A stretch of 53,673 nucleotides of DNA from Pelomyxa schiedti (GCA_020536535.1 JAHLWZ010000753.1:1-53673); one strand, 5' to 3'; positions 21,942-34,306 are shown, numbered from the stretch's first letter. Notes: a model not told the origin generated them from the letters alone. Numbers and translations: made by a program.

Positions 21942-24900
21942 ATGGGCAACACCCCACCACAGCCGGGCATCACCAACATTGCAAATCTCCCAGGAGTGGT
22001 CCTACCCCCCAAATTGAACCCGGCCCCACTTCCGACTACCACCGCAATCGCTTCGCCAGACGTGTCGGAACCCACCACAGCCGCCTCCGCTGTATCCGCT
22101 GTGCCCCCGGGGCTCTCCAACGTTGAGAGGGGCCTCGCTACCGTCGGCGATCTCACGCTGCCGCTACCGATCGTGCCTTTCGCCCCCGTCGCCGTGATCG
22201 GCGCCGCCGTGAAGCTGCCCCAGATCAATGGGTGGGACGACGCGTGGACCGTGTTTTCCCAGGGCCTCGACGTGATGACTCGCTGGGACTCGACCGACCC
22301 GCTGCTGGTAGGCTCTCGCGGCTTCATCGAGACGGCCGAGGAGTACGACTACAAGTTCCTGGGCAGCAAGCACCCCCGCATGGAGGACCCGCAGGCGCTC
22401 CTGATCAAGGAGCTGGTGTGGAACGCGCTCGAGGACTCTGGCTACTGCCCCTCGATGTTGGCCACGATGCCAGGCCGCGTCGGCTTATACGGCGACCTCA
22501 ATCCGTTCTACTCGTACGAAATGATCTCCCACGTGATGAAGGGGTTTGACGACATCTCCGTCATGACGCCGCAACTGCTCTTCACTTCGTCCTACACCGT
22601 TCCCTTCAAGATCCTGGTTGGCGTAGCCAACGGCATTCGCGCCCACGGGCCAGTCCTTCACATTTCCAGCGCTTGCAGCACTTCGGCTGCGTGCATGTTG
22701 GCTGCTTGCGACGCCCTGCATTCCCGGCGCATCGAGATTGGCATTGCCACCGCCGCTACTGTGGGACACCCTCGTCGTCCCATAACTGGTTACAGCAAGG
22801 AATCCAAGGGGCTTTACAGCGTCGATGGCTTCGTCAGGCCCTTTGAAGCCAGGGCCTCGGGCTTTGTTCCGTCAGAGGGAGGTGCTGTGCTGATATTGAA
22901 GACCGTGGAGGCTGCCTCGCGGGACAACGACGTGATACACGCCGTGATTGATGGGGTGGGGGTTTGCTCCGATCCGTCCGTCCTGCCCTCGCCCGACGCA
23001 ATCAGCGCCACTCTGGTTGCAAAGTGCATAGTTGAGGCTATGAGCACCGCCGGGGTGAAGAGCAGCGACGAGATTGGCTACGTGGAGTGCCACGGGTCTG
23101 CCACGACAGTCGGAGACTTTTCTGAGATAGTAGCACTCCGGGCGGCATTGCAACATCCAACAAAGTCGAGGTTCTGCGCTATTGGTGGAAGTAAAGCCAA
23201 CGTTGGTCACTTGGGTGGGTGCCCTGGCCTCGTGTCAGTTATGAAGGCAGCCCTCATTCTCAAGTACAACTTCATCCCACCTTTGGCAAACTTTGAGAAC
23301 CCTAGCCCTATCACAGACCACATACTCAAGCAGCCAGGGTGCCCTGTGTTCCTACCAAAGGTTGGACACACCCCTGCGACCCCAATTACCAAAATTGGAG
23401 TTCAGTGTTCTGGCCCTGGAGGTGGTTACCACTGGATCCTGTCCAAACCTGCTCCAATGCCCGCATTTGTGGAATCCACTGTTTCACGCCGGACTTTCAT
23501 TTTCTGCACCTCAGCCAAGACTTCCACTGCAAATGTCACACTATCTGAAAACACGACCAAGCTAATCTGTGACAAGCTTCAACGGCCAGATGGAATCGAA
23601 TTTGCACTTAATTCAGAGTGGACTCTGCAAACACGCAGGGAATACTTCCTTGAAAGGAGCTCTGTGGTTGTAACTCTTTCCTTGGGTGGTATGAATTTCG
23701 TTGCTCATAGAAATTTATGTAACTCACCCTATCTCTCACTGGCTATAGATTTCCCACAAGCTGTTGTTCGTGCCTTGGCTCCTGTTAGGAATAGTGTCGC
23801 CAACCAAAACGAGGATGTGCGGGTTGCCTTTGTCTTCTCTGGATTTGGGGTTTGCAGCCGGCAAGCAGCTAAAGAGCTGTACCATCAGTATCCTGTTTAT
23901 AGGGAAACTTTTGATCGGTGCAGCAAGTACATACAAGAACTTACGCAAGGAGAACGTAATATCGTGTTGTCAGCAGATGATCTTGCTATTGATTCAGCCG
24001 AAGACACTTATTTCATCGCCCTCGCCTTTGTGACACTTCAGTTGTCCATTTCGCAGCTTCTACTTTCATGGGGCATCGAGCCAACTCAAGGAATGGTTTG
24101 CCACAGCCTTGGAGAATATGCCTGTGCCGTGGCCTCTGGTATGCTGACCATCGAAGAGTGCCTGAAACTCACAAAGCTTCGTTTTGATCTTCTTACAAAG
24201 CTGCCAACGGTTGCCGCTGTAGTTGTGTCAATGGTGGTTGTGAAGAGAGTGTGCGACTTGGTGGCAGAGATCAACAAATTGGACGGTGCGGCTTCTTCAG
24301 ATGACCAAATTGAAGTGACGGTGATGAATAGTCCGACAACTTGCATGGTTTTAGGGCCCCATGTCAAGGTTGATGCATTACTTCTGAAGCTGAAAGGAAC
24401 CCCCTGCAAGACTACAACGTTTGCACCCACTCCCTCGCACTCGAAAAAGGTGAGCCCTGTTCTGCAGCAATTCCGCGACGCTTTCGTCGGAATGAACATC
24501 CCGGTGCGCTCAGGAAAGTACAGATATATCAGTACTCTGAATGCGGACTGGGGGAAGCTTGAGGACTTGTCTTCAGCGGACCATTTCTGTGAAGCTTTGT
24601 GCCATCCTGTCCTCTTCCACCAATCCATGCAAAAACTATTCACCTCTTGGTTGGCCGAGAGTGCTGCCGCGCAAGATTCCCAGAAAGTGAGGAAGATGAT
24701 TATATTTGAAATCGGAGCAAGCTTATCAACCCATATTCATGATATTGCATATGCTGAATGCGGAGAACTTCCCAGCGACCAAGCACCCGCCAGTGTGTTG
24801 GCACTTCCCCTCTTCCTGCATCAGCGCAACAGCACGCTCAACGCTGCCCAACACTTGTGTGTGCAACTTGGAACTTCCTGGGTGAACGGAGCAAAGTTTA

Positions 24901-25361
24901 GCTGGACAAAGTATTCTGAATCCGCGGGAGGGGCCAGGCGCCATGTGGTTCCGTTGTGCCTGTATCCCTACGAGAGAGTAAAAACCACCTTTGACGTACC
25001 CACCGAGCCACTGTCGAGGGAGGCATTCTTCGAGAAGCTTATGGAAATGCCGCAGCCCGCAAGTGCGCAAGAAACGGCGCCATCAACAACTGAAATCCCA
25101 ACAGTGCTGGGCTCCACTCTCACGCCCAAAGAGGTTGGAGTAATCGCAGAAAAGTGGACGCTTTTCGTTCACACCCCACCCAAGACGGAGGGAGACAACT
25201 TCTTCGAATTTGGAGCAACCAGCCTGACGGCGATGCAAATGATTTCGTCAATCAACAGGGTTCTTGGGTTAACTTTCCAGTCCGTAACCTTCACGGCCAC
25301 AACACCCACTTTTGGAAACCTGGTCCGCGCTTACTCCCAACACAAGGTCTCTCGCACCTGA
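21942..25361 (+). CDS. Single-module type I PKS (KS-AT-carrier protein), ~1,139 aa, intronless
   Basis: KS triad SSACSTS, VECHGSAT, KANVGHLG; AT AFVFSGFG, VCHSLGEY, TPSHS; carrier NFFEFGATSLTAMQM. Pro-rich N-terminal extension. First ATG is 21942 (the ORF-track start is a TTG). Confidence 0.88.
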   Translation: MGNTPPQPGITNIANLPGVVLPPKLNPAPLPTTTAIASPDVSEPTTAASAVSAVPPGLSNVERGLATVGDLTLPLPIVPFAPVAVIGAAVKLPQINGWDDAWTVFSQGLDVMTRWDSTDPLLVGSRGFIETAEEYDYKFLGSKHPRMEDPQALLIKELVWNALEDSGYCPSMLATMPGRVGLYGDLNPFYSYEMISHVMKGFDDISVMTPQLLFTSSYTVPFKILVGVANGIRAHGPVLHISSACSTSAACMLAACDALHSRRIEIGIATAATVGHPRRPITGYSKESKGLYSVDGFVRPFEARASGFVPSEGGAVLILKTVEAASRDNDVIHAVIDGVGVCSDPSVLPSPDAISATLVAKCIVEAMSTAGVKSSDEIGYVECHGSATTVGDFSEIVALRAALQHPTKSRFCAIGGSKANVGHLGGCPGLVSVMKAALILKYNFIPPLANFENPSPITDHILKQPGCPVFLPKVGHTPATPITKIGVQCSGPGGGYHWILSKPAPMPAFVESTVSRRTFIFCTSAKTSTANVTLSENTTKLICDKLQRPDGIEFALNSEWTLQTRREYFLERSSVVVTLSLGGMNFVAHRNLCNSPYLSLAIDFPQAVVRALAPVRNSVANQNEDVRVAFVFSGFGVCSRQAAKELYHQYPVYRETFDRCSKYIQELTQGERNIVLSADDLAIDSAEDTYFIALAFVTLQLSISQLLLSWGIEPTQGMVCHSLGEYACAVASGMLTIEECLKLTKLRFDLLTKLPTVAAVVVSMVVVKRVCDLVAEINKLDGAASSDDQIEVTVMNSPTTCMVLGPHVKVDALLLKLKGTPCKTTTFAPTPSHSKKVSPVLQQFRDAFVGMNIPVRSGKYRYISTLNADWGKLEDLSSADHFCEALCHPVLFHQSMQKLFTSWLAESAAAQDSQKVRKMIIFEIGASLSTHIHDIAYAECGELPSDQAPASVLALPLFLHQRNSTLNAAQHLCVQLGTSWVNGAKFSWTKYSESAGGARRHVVPLCLYPYERVKTTFDVPTEPLSREAFFEKLMEMPQPASAQETAPSTTEIPTVLGSTLTPKEVGVIAEKWTLFVHTPPKTEGDNFFEFGATSLTAMQMISSINRVLGLTFQSVTFTATTPTFGNLVRAYSQHKVSRT

Positions 25362-26657
25362 TGTCTCCTCTGTCCTTGTTCTGGAGCCTGATCACACAGT
25401 AAATAAATTTCATTTCGAGCTTTTCGATGTGCACTCTTTGTTTAACCCTTTAGCTAAAATCTCCGATTATCCCCGATGTTACTGCCTTCTGCTGCATCCC
25501 GATGCATCCCGATGGTCGATGGGAGATGTAGAAGGATGTGTCGCGGTGCAGGTGGATAGAACTCTTAGTTTAAGTGCGATGTAACGCGATGAAGAGAACT
25601 GCTGGTTGTTTGTAGATGAAACGTGATGGACCGTGATGGAACGGAGGAAGCAATGCAACACATTTGGAACTACAAGCAACAGAAACAAACACATTTTTTT
25701 TATTATCACTCTATGCCAGAGCTGCTTGAACCAGAGTCACTCTCCTTGCTTTTGTGGGTGTTGTGATTTTCCTTACGGTGTTTTTGGTGGTTGTCCTTGG
25801 GTCCCTGGTTTTTGGTCTTTCGTATTGCCACTCCAGGTGGTTGCCTTTTCTGGGTGCTTCTTGTGTCAACACTTTTAGTTCTTGTGGTCCTCTGAGAATC
25901 ACTTTTCTTCTTCTTGGAGCGGCCTTGGACACTACATGGCTTACCTCTTTTTGACTGTGGCTCAACAGGGTCTACAACATCTGAAATTCGTGACAGCAAT
26001 TCTTTTCCAGCTGTAACAGCATCCTCCATGGTTTTTTCTGTTGACTGTAGTGGTAGAATCGGCTGGAGTTGCGGAGGTGTTTTCTTTGTCATTCACTCCC
26101 AGAAAATCAATATCCAGAGATTGTGGACCACTGTGAGGGTATGAGAATCAGTTTCCAATAAGGGTTTTTAACTTACAGAGTTGTGAATGTTGTGACCAGC
26201 TCACTGTCACTCCGGTCCTTGCACCTCAGTGCTTTTTGAAGGGTACCCAGTTCCAACTTTGACACATTCCATGAAGCACTGCTGTCATTGTCAAAAGAAA
26301 ATAGAATCTCAGCACTGTGTGCTTCTGTGGGATGTAGTTCGTTGTGTGACAGCAAAGCAGAGAACAAGAATGAGATCAAGAAAGGATTCTATTATTTGTT
26401 CTGTTTGTTGTTTGTTTTGATTTATGAGGTTTGGGTCGTGATTCTAAGGTCGGAGTGTGTCGGGCTTATAAGGACTCGAAAACGACTTGAAATCGAGGTG
26501 AACGATCAGGTAGATTTCCGCGAACTTGATTTCCTAAGATGTCAGGTCCGAGTGCTGACTCAGCAGGTCAGTCTCTCAGTCTCGGTGTTCGTGCTTGTGC
26601 TCGCAGAGAGTTTGCTTGTGTATTCTACAGAATCACACAGTTGTGGTGATCAGCTTG

Positions 26658-27422
26658 CTATTGTCGCCACCAAAGTACTTGCACAACGCGATTGGGAGAG
26701 CCACTTGGCTGCGCAAAACACTCTCCTTGGCCTCCTGCAGCAACACTCTTCTCCAGATCAACAAACAAAATGAGGCCCCGCTGCAGCCAATCCACCCATA
26801 TTGTGTCTCCCACAAAAACCAGCTGATCACCACAAGGCTCAAATGGAGAGAACCTCGCGCCAAACCCACCAATTGGAACCTTGCGTTCCACAGCAACGCC
26901 GTTGCGCGACACAGGCACGCTGTGTCTCATCCTCCACACCACGAGGTTTTTCACTGCGTCGAACCTCACAAGCCACTTGCAGTTGCTTCTCCAAAAGAGG
27001 CCCGACTCACCACCAACCGTTGCCACCGCGTTCCCCCGGCCGTCGACAACACGTGAGCCCCCCCAGGAGTCACACAAGAAATTGCCATCACCCATCCTCC
27101 CCTCGATGTATCCAAACGTCATGCCGTGGCTGTCTCTGTTGTCCAGGGACAGGCACCACACCACGCCGAGCGTCGAACTCAAACCAATGAAAACGCGAAC
27201 CTGGACTGTCTGCGCCCCAATGGCCACGGTGACGGTTGTGCCCAGATTCCTGCAGCAGCCGACGACCCAGTCGCGGCCGAACGACTCGCACAGCTCCCGA
27301 TTGTGGGACAGAGTCTTGGCCGCGCTCCAAACACCGCACCTATTGATCCTCGAACTCGCAAACGCGACAAACTGCGATCGTGCGTCAATTATGGGTTCGA
27401 TTGTGTGCCGTTGGCTTGCCAT
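26658..27422 (-). CDS. Hypothetical protein of a lineage-specific family (possibly 3'-truncated or frameshifted)
   Basis: Shares DARSQFVAFA, VFIGLSSTLGVVWC, NCKWLV, PCGDQLV and FVDLEKS with 30064-31389, but is only 254 aa versus ~441 aa. Confidence 0.65.
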   Translation of the reverse strand: MASQRHTIEPIIDARSQFVAFASSRINRCGVWSAAKTLSHNRELCESFGRDWVVGCCRNLGTTVTVAIGAQTVQVRVFIGLSSTLGVVWCLSLDNRDSHGMTFGYIEGRMGDGNFLCDSWGGSRVVDGRGNAVATVGGESGLFWRSNCKWLVRFDAVKNLVVWRMRHSVPVSRNGVAVERKVPIGGFGARFSPFEPCGDQLVFVGDTIWVDWLQRGLILFVDLEKSVAAGGQGECFAQPSGSPNRVVQVLWWRQ

Positions 27423-27498
27423 CTTTTCAAAAAAACCTGATTCTTCCGCGAATGGGTGTAAAAGTTAATGGTGTTGCAAAACCATCAGTGTGAGTTGG

Positions 27499-29922
27499 TC
27501 ACACACCATCATTGGTGGTGACAAATGGGGCGATTGTGGTGATTGCTTGTGCAGCTGATATTCTCAGTGCCGGTTGTGGGTGCATCATTCCCACCAGAAT
27601 CCGGGTGAGGCACTTCACTCGCGGGTCAGGTGTACTGTTTGCTGTTGCAGTTGATGCTGATGCCGATGTGGCAGGGGTAGGAGTGGAGAAAGGAGGGGGC
27701 AGAGGGAATGCTGCAATAAGGGCTTCCGTGGTGAACTTGGCCATGTCTCCATTCAGCCTGCTCCCGATGAACTTGTGGGATGGGGGAAGGAGGGCATTCC
27801 AGAATGTGAGGGCGATGCTGAATGAGTCACACTTCGACAGTGAGAACAGCTGTGCGGAACCGCGGGAATTGCTGATGAATTCCATAACCTCTGGTGGAAT
27901 GGTTCCGAGATTGCCCCATGTGTCGCCGGTGGGTGTAAGGACTGTTACCATGTTGTTGTTGTTGTGGCCTCGGTTGTCTGGCCCACAGCAATGCTGTGCC
28001 ATTCCGAAGTCAATAAGTGTGAGCCGGTTGGTTTGCGGGTCCACAACGATGTTATCTTCCTTGATGTCTCTGGTTTTAAGGTTAGAATTGGAAATGAAGA
28101 GGCAATACACCTGTGGGCAATCAAATTTGACTCAAGGTGGTTTATTGCGGAAAGCTTGGTGGAAGACATTCATAGTGAGAGGGACCAGCTGCTGTGGGTG
28201 TAGTGAGGGCAGGAACGAACGCGGGGAACCGGACAAGCAAACACCACCACACGGCATGAAGAACACAAATGACTTGTGGTTCTTAGCCCACTCTTCATAA
28301 GCTGGCTGGTCATGAATAAGGTCAAGAAATTCTTGCGGTAAACTTTTTTTTTGGGTTAGTGGTGAGGGGAAGATGGTTGACACACACCTTGGGATAACAA
28401 AGGCACCAAGAGGGTGAATGATGTTTCTATGATGAGGAATCAATGACAGTGTTTTACACTCGGTCATGTATTTGTTCCTCAGCTGCGTTTGTGTGATTCC
28501 TTGTTTCCACTAAATTGCACTTTGAATGCTGCGCCATAAGACCCAGTTCCAAGGAGTTCCTTTACAGTAAGCCGAGATATATCGGCTGGGATCAGTGATG
28601 TCATTGTACTGATTGTTTGCTAGTGTTGGTGATTTCAACAAGTTGGTGAGAAGAACTCATACCTTGTATTGCTTTGACTCCTCCTCCAACTTCTTCTGGG
28701 CAGTTCTCAAGTTCTTATTGGCATTTTCACTGTCTGCTAGGCGAGCATGAAGAAGGCTGTTCTCATCAAGCAACTTGACCCCCAAATTAGTGATAAGTTG
28801 CGTCAATTTGGGAGTAACCTTTCGAAAGTGTGCCTTGATGGCTTTCACAATTTCTTCAATTTCCTTGTCTTCACTTTGTTTGGGAAATGAGCTTTTGGCC
28901 GCTGTTGCGATGTTGGGACATAAATCCCTTAACTCCATCTTGAGGAGTGAAAGCACTTTGGTGAGGTTCAAGCTTGGTTGGATGTGAAGTTGGGGATTTT
29001 CCTGTTGTTTCCGTGGTTTCTGCTGTTGCACTTGAGGTCGTGGTTGAAATTCCTGATGCAGTTGCGGTAGGGGACGGTTTGGTTTAGTGGGTGCCAGTTT
29101 TTGGTTTGGTGATGGCGCTTGTGACAGCTGTATTGGTGCGAGTGCAGCCTACAAGCTCCAAGCTAAATTAGTCACACCCAAGGAAGGATATTTGGACAAG
29201 AAGACAAGAACCTGTGTGATCAGTGCTCGGCGGATTTCTGGAAGCTCACAAACATCCAGGGCAGTCTCACCTATCGAATTCTTCATACCCAGTATTTTGT
29301 TTTAGGGGGGGAAAAAAACAAATCATTTGAAAAGGTGTAACCTTAATATTCAGATCAAGGTCCTTTTGCCTAAATAGAAGGTCGACAAGGTCCACGTGTC
29401 CCTGCCTGCATGCAATATGCAAGGGTGTCTAGAGAAATATTACAACAAAACTAGTAAAACAAGGAAGCCACACATCTCCCTATTTCGTTTGTGCACAGTC
29501 CCAGATGATGAGAAAGCGAGAAAGGCAAAAGTGAACATACTATCTGGGGGAGAGGTTACTAATTGAAATGGCCAGGGTGGAAATAGTACTTTCTGCCAAA
29601 TGAAGTCGTTTCCAAACAGCATAATCAAACAAGGAAAAAAGTGAGAAATGAAGTACCCATGGTGGTGGAACAACATCATCCGGAACAGCCCCAGCCTGTG
29701 GGAAAGAAGAATACACAGGTGATTTAGCAGGCTGGAGAAGATAAATGAATACCGAACATTAAGAACAGCCCCTCTTTGCAAAAGAGCACTAACACACAAA
29801 TTGGATCCCAAAAAGGCTGCCACGTGCAGGGCTCTCTGTTCCCAAATAAGTCATTAAAAAGCTTGGCATACACATACATAACCGTCTGGTTGAGAATTGA
29901 CGTCGGCTACACTTGTCGACAT
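27499..29922 (-). CDS. Ankyrin-repeat / coiled-coil / Ser-Thr protein kinase (multi-exon)
   Basis: Ankyrin motifs ALHVAAFLGSNLCVSALLQRGA and PLHIACRQGHVDLVDLL. Kinase motifs HRNIIHPLG, IAHR|DIKEDN, IDFG, GTIPPE, KCDSFS. Exon joins were not all resolved and the start is inferred. Confidence 0.72.
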
Positions 29923-30063
29923 TCTTAAAAGTGCCCCCTCATCTTTTGTAAAAGTGGGCCGGGGACCTGACAGCGAGCGAAAAAAAATTTGTTGTACGGG
30001 CGGGAGGGGAACGTCCATCAGAATGAAAAGGGACAATGGTTTTTGATTGGTTTCTCGGAACAG

Positions 30064-31389
30064 ATGTCCCAGACTCCTGGGGAGGTGGTGGTTGACCAGA
30101 GTGTGATAGTCGACGCACGCGCGCAATTCGTGGCCTTTGCGTGTGCCACTATTGTGGGACGGTGTGGTGTTGCGAGCCCCGCCCGCGTTTTGGCGGGAGC
30201 CCAGCCAGTCGTCGAGGACCTGGGCCGGTCGTGGGTGGCCGGCCCCTCCAGGATTGTGGGATTCACCTCGGTGTTCCAAGACCTGCCGCCGTCCGGACCC
30301 ATAAGGAAGAAGCTCCACGTGTTCCTGGGCCTAAGTGCCACGCTCGGAGTGGTGTGGTGCAGGCCACAGACCCACAGCACGTGGTGGCCCGACGACGGCA
30401 ACGCCATGATCGCCGAGGACGTGCAGGGGAATATCGGCGGTGGCATGTTCATCGCCACCAGCTACTACCCCAGCGAACGGAGTGCCACGTGCGTGGTCGA
30501 CAGCTTCGGGAGGCTGGTGGCCAGGCTGGCGGTCGGCAGCGGCGACGATGCTTCCGCGATCGTGGATTCGCGCTGGCAATTCGTGTGCAACAGCAAGTGG
30601 GTTGTGATGGTGGAAGCTGCTGGTGATACCCAACCGAGGCTTACCCTGTGGAATTTGACGCGGTTGTGGTTGGCCACAGCAAGTGCAACAACAACAAGGG
30701 CTTCTGGGGGCGATACTATTTGCGGTGGTGCTGTGGTGAAATGCAATGTCAACACAGTTGTAGGATGGGCTCAGTTCCCGCGGTTCGGGGACCCTTGTGG
30801 TGATGAGATTGTGATGGTGGGGAATGACGAGGAAGTTGGGTGTGTGGTTTCGTTTGTGGACCTGCAGAGGAGCTCTGAAGCTGGAGTGTCAGTTGTGACT
30901 AGCAGGTGTGTGATACCACACCCCAACCCAATCGGACTTGTGTGGGAATCACCTGAGACCCTCCTGACGCTGCACCGGCCTTTTGATTACTGTGTGTACA
31001 ACGCCAAGACAGAGAATGTGCCAGTGAGGTTTCTTACAACCAAATACCAGTGCGTCCGCGTTATTCAACCAGCACACATCGGTGCTGTCCTTCGATCCAG
31101 GAAGAGATCCAGTGGTGGAGCACGCCAAAAAAGTGCGGGAGGAGGAAGAGCTTCTTCCTGCCTCACAGAGATTTACAGTGCCTCTAACTTGAATACCCCA
31201 GTTTCGGTTGTTGGTGCAGAGGTTACATCAAAACTGGCCACTCACAAGGGAGTATTCACAGTGGAAAAAACCACTGTTGGAACCAAGGTGCGGGCCTCAG
31301 TCTCTGTTCACGATTCCATCACAGGAATCTGCCTGGTCACTCTCACTGTCACATGGCCAAAAAACCAAAAACACAGCTTAAAATATTGA
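30064..31389 (+). CDS. Hypothetical protein, same expanded family (~441 aa, intronless)
   Basis: Long ORF with coding-like GC bias; paralogous to 26658-27422. Confidence 0.8.
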   Translation: MSQTPGEVVVDQSVIVDARAQFVAFACATIVGRCGVASPARVLAGAQPVVEDLGRSWVAGPSRIVGFTSVFQDLPPSGPIRKKLHVFLGLSATLGVVWCRPQTHSTWWPDDGNAMIAEDVQGNIGGGMFIATSYYPSERSATCVVDSFGRLVARLAVGSGDDASAIVDSRWQFVCNSKWVVMVEAAGDTQPRLTLWNLTRLWLATASATTTRASGGDTICGGAVVKCNVNTVVGWAQFPRFGDPCGDEIVMVGNDEEVGCVVSFVDLQRSSEAGVSVVTSRCVIPHPNPIGLVWESPETLLTLHRPFDYCVYNAKTENVPVRFLTTKYQCVRVIQPAHIGAVLRSRKRSSGGARQKSAGGGRASSCLTEIYSASNLNTPVSVVGAEVTSKLATHKGVFTVEKTTVGTKVRASVSVHDSITGICLVTLTVTWPKNQKHSLKY

Positions 31390-31486
31390 ATATCTGTTGT
31401 GGTGTTGTTGTATGGGTGTTTGTTTTTCTTCAACCGTTATCTTGTTAATAGTGTAATGCGTTATGCGTTGTGCATGATGTCAGGAC

Positions 31487-31806
31487 TCAGGAGTCCTTGC
31501 TAGTTGGTGTTGGAAAACACAGGTGGGATGCACTGGGTGCGAGATCAACGAGAAGTGGAAGGAGCTTAGCGGGGTTTGAGCATGTGAAACCAACCCTCAC
31601 TTTCGAGCCCTTGACCTCCAACACAATTTGGTTCTCAGCTTCGTGCCCGAACTGCCTGGCTCCTACGGCCCACCAGATGTTCGATAGTCCCATCCCTGTG
31701 ACATCATTTAGCATACACACGATAACTTTAATAATGGTAGGTGCACTGGGTACAAAAACGCGTTTAATACTATGCACAGGAGTAAGTACGGCGAATTAAT
31801 TAATTC

Positions 31807-31886
<80 letters not shown>

Positions 31887-32242
31887 CACTAACCCCAGTT
31901 CTTGTAGGCCAGACCGCTGAGGTTCAAGTCCTTTGCGGTGTTGAATGAGCTTATCCTGTGGTACTGTATGTGTTTTCCCTTTCCAGGGAAGTAGTAGCTC
32001 TTGACGCTCAACGCACGAGCACCGACCACGCAGTAGCCGTCCTCGTACATCGCCCCACCGCCGTCGCCGCCGCCACTCGGCGCCATCATCAACTTCGTCT
32101 CGCTCCCGTCATTCGATTTCGACGACGCTGACGGGTGTTTGGCATCATCATCATCATCATCATCGCTACCGCCGTCGTCATCACTTGAAGGAGGGTGTTC
32201 AGACATGGCCTCCTCGTATGTTGGTGGTGGTGCCGTTGACAT
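31487..32242 (-). CDS. Small conserved hypothetical protein with N-terminal PPxY motif and acidic tract (2 exons)
   Basis: Intron 31893-31696 (GT..AG) joins YKNW-G-MGLSNIWWA in frame. Motifs YEDGY..YYFP..K.I, WGMGLSNIWWA and VGFT resemble a widespread uncharacterised family (from memory). Confidence 0.75.
31811..31884. repeat. (AC)37 microsatellite inside an intron
   Basis: Directly visible. Confidence 0.98.
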
Positions 32243-34306
32243 TTAAATTTCAGCAACAGTTGGTAACGATGACACTAGGCATCAGATGACACCACTCACA
32301 AGTTGGTAACGATGTGACACAAGGCAGATGATCGATCGACGGAGGTTCTATGACTGAGGTGAGAGCGCATGCCTACTTCCTAACTGGTGGACGGAGAACC
32401 TTCGTCTGAGCAGAAAAAGATGTTTCTTCCGGGGAACACTCCGTTGATTCTGCATAAAAGAGGTTCCAGCCGGGCAGATTCCTGAGATGTCTCGCTTCTG
32501 CGAAGGCATCTTTTGGAGACCTCGTGTAAATCCTAGGATTTTAATAATCTTTGCAATCAGACAGAATGACTGCCAAGAGGGGTACCACCGAACCAGCCAA
32601 GGAACTGGAACTATGTGTGGATACTGATGTGTTGTACATGAGGCATTCTTACACTGTAACACATCAATTTTGCACACACGCCATCAAAAGCGAATATTGT
32701 CTCTTAGATGCATCATTGTATTGTAGATGAGGTTGATTGTGGACGCGAAGTGGAGGCAATCGTCGGGAATTTCGCACACAGAGCTGTCAAACCACGTTCT
32801 CTGTGGATCATGGGTGAAATGGGGGCTCAGAACAGGTTCGTCGATTTGAAAACAACACACAAACACACAATTTGAAGCCAAATTAACAAGCAAACACAAA
32901 CACACACACCAAGTTAATCCCAAACTCGAAATTCATCATCTTACCGCGCCCCCGTTAAACAAACATTAAATTCAGAGGCACGATGTTCAATGTGCGCTGG
33001 GAAAAACGGGGAACCAGTGGAAACGACTCTGTGGAGCCTGCCTGATTTGACAGCCAGTTTTCATCATGCTCATTCAAACCCAAAGGAGGTCATTGCATTC
33101 CACGTCACTCCCAAGTGCTCTTCCACAAGGTACGGGTGATTCTTGCTTGCTTCTTCCTTGTTAACTCAACTTTGACACAGATCACACATCAAGTCCAAGA
33201 TTATCCTCCTCGTGTCCACCATCCCTGGTGTTGAGCCTTTTGCATCAAATTCCATCTCGCTGTGCTCAAGAGATCGCAGCAGACGCCACCAGTTGCACAA
33301 GATTCAACCACTAGGATCACCTGAGCTAATTCCACCACCCGCGGTCGTGATAGGAAACCAACCGAGGGAGAAGAACCATGTGCACGTCCCTTCGACAACT
33401 CCCCAAGGCACCGCTGATTGCCCCACCTCCCAAAGCAAGCGAAAACCGGACTCCTGTGCCCAACAGCAGCGTGTTGAAGACGACTCCAGAAGCCTTGTAC
33501 ATACTAAAAGCTCAATGGAGTTTATCTCCTTCCAAACCACGTCAAATAGGCAGTGCATTGTGGACAGTCGTTCCGCTCCAGCGAAGTGTATGCACGGCTG
33601 CTCAATAACACCCCCCCATATCTCTTTTACTAACTCCGGTCTGCAGTTCCCGAATCAATGATTGCTGGAATCCCAGAACGAATTTTTCGTAGTAAGTAGT
33701 TACGGCGTTTGAAATATGTACAGGTACTTCTGGTTTCTAACCTCCTCCTGTATTTACGTTAAAGGGCCGGTTATTTTTGTTTTCATTCTTTCAGTAAAGG
33801 AAGAGCACTTCATTCCTCTTATCAACTCCATGATAGCATTGCAGGCTCCGTATGAATTTACCCTCCAGTACGGGAAAATTTCAAGTTCAGCAATCTCGTC
33901 TTTCTTCTTCATTGTGATAACTTATCCTCAGATGATCTGTTTGTAATAGGCTGTGGCCACAAGAACGTGGAGAGTTTCTGCTATGGAATTGCGATGCGGT
34001 GCAAGTTTCTCACAGGAAACAACCCATTCCACATGGACATCACCAAACCAAACCCAATCATCAAATTCCTTGGGTGTGCCAACAACACATTCTCCCAACT
34101 TCCTCCACCTCATACATCTGTGCCCACCTTCACATTGTAAAAAAAAAAGTAATAATAGTATCATCAAGTTGCTTGGTGGGCGTCTTTGTTTGTGTGATTG
34201 GCATCCACCAGGCGGTGTCCTTCCTTTCCTCAAGTATGACAAAGTCCATAATTAATTCACGTTAATTTCCTCCTTTCAGTGATTAGCTTAATTCGGAAGT
34301 CACGCG

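Noticed and set aside
5483-25070. Numerous antisense/overlapping ORFs of 60-250 aa within the PKS/NRPS genes
   Set aside because: Expected shadows of long GC-balanced coding sequence; the duplicated ones simply reflect the A-domain repeat.
5262-25361. Bacterial contaminant or endosymbiont origin of the PKS/NRPS genes
   Set aside because: Seven spliceosomal introns of the same style as in neighbouring host genes, and no gap separating the cluster from DPH5.
25350-25361. C-terminal SRT of the partner PKS (and NKL of the transposon cargo) as PTS1
   Set aside because: SRT lacks the terminal Leu/Met; NKL is a weak variant on a disrupted transposon gene.
25400-26600. Short ORFs (e.g. 25706-26092) as a tailoring gene of the cluster
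   Set aside because: Low-complexity Lys/Thr-rich translation, no enzyme motif, no coherent exon model.
32255-32335. Two imperfect ~30-bp direct repeats (agttggtaacgatg..acac.aggc)
   Set aside because: Only two units upstream of a gene; not an array and no function can be supported.
32348-34260. Patchy short ORFs suggesting a decayed minus-strand gene
   Set aside because: Many stops and no recognisable motif; cannot support a call.
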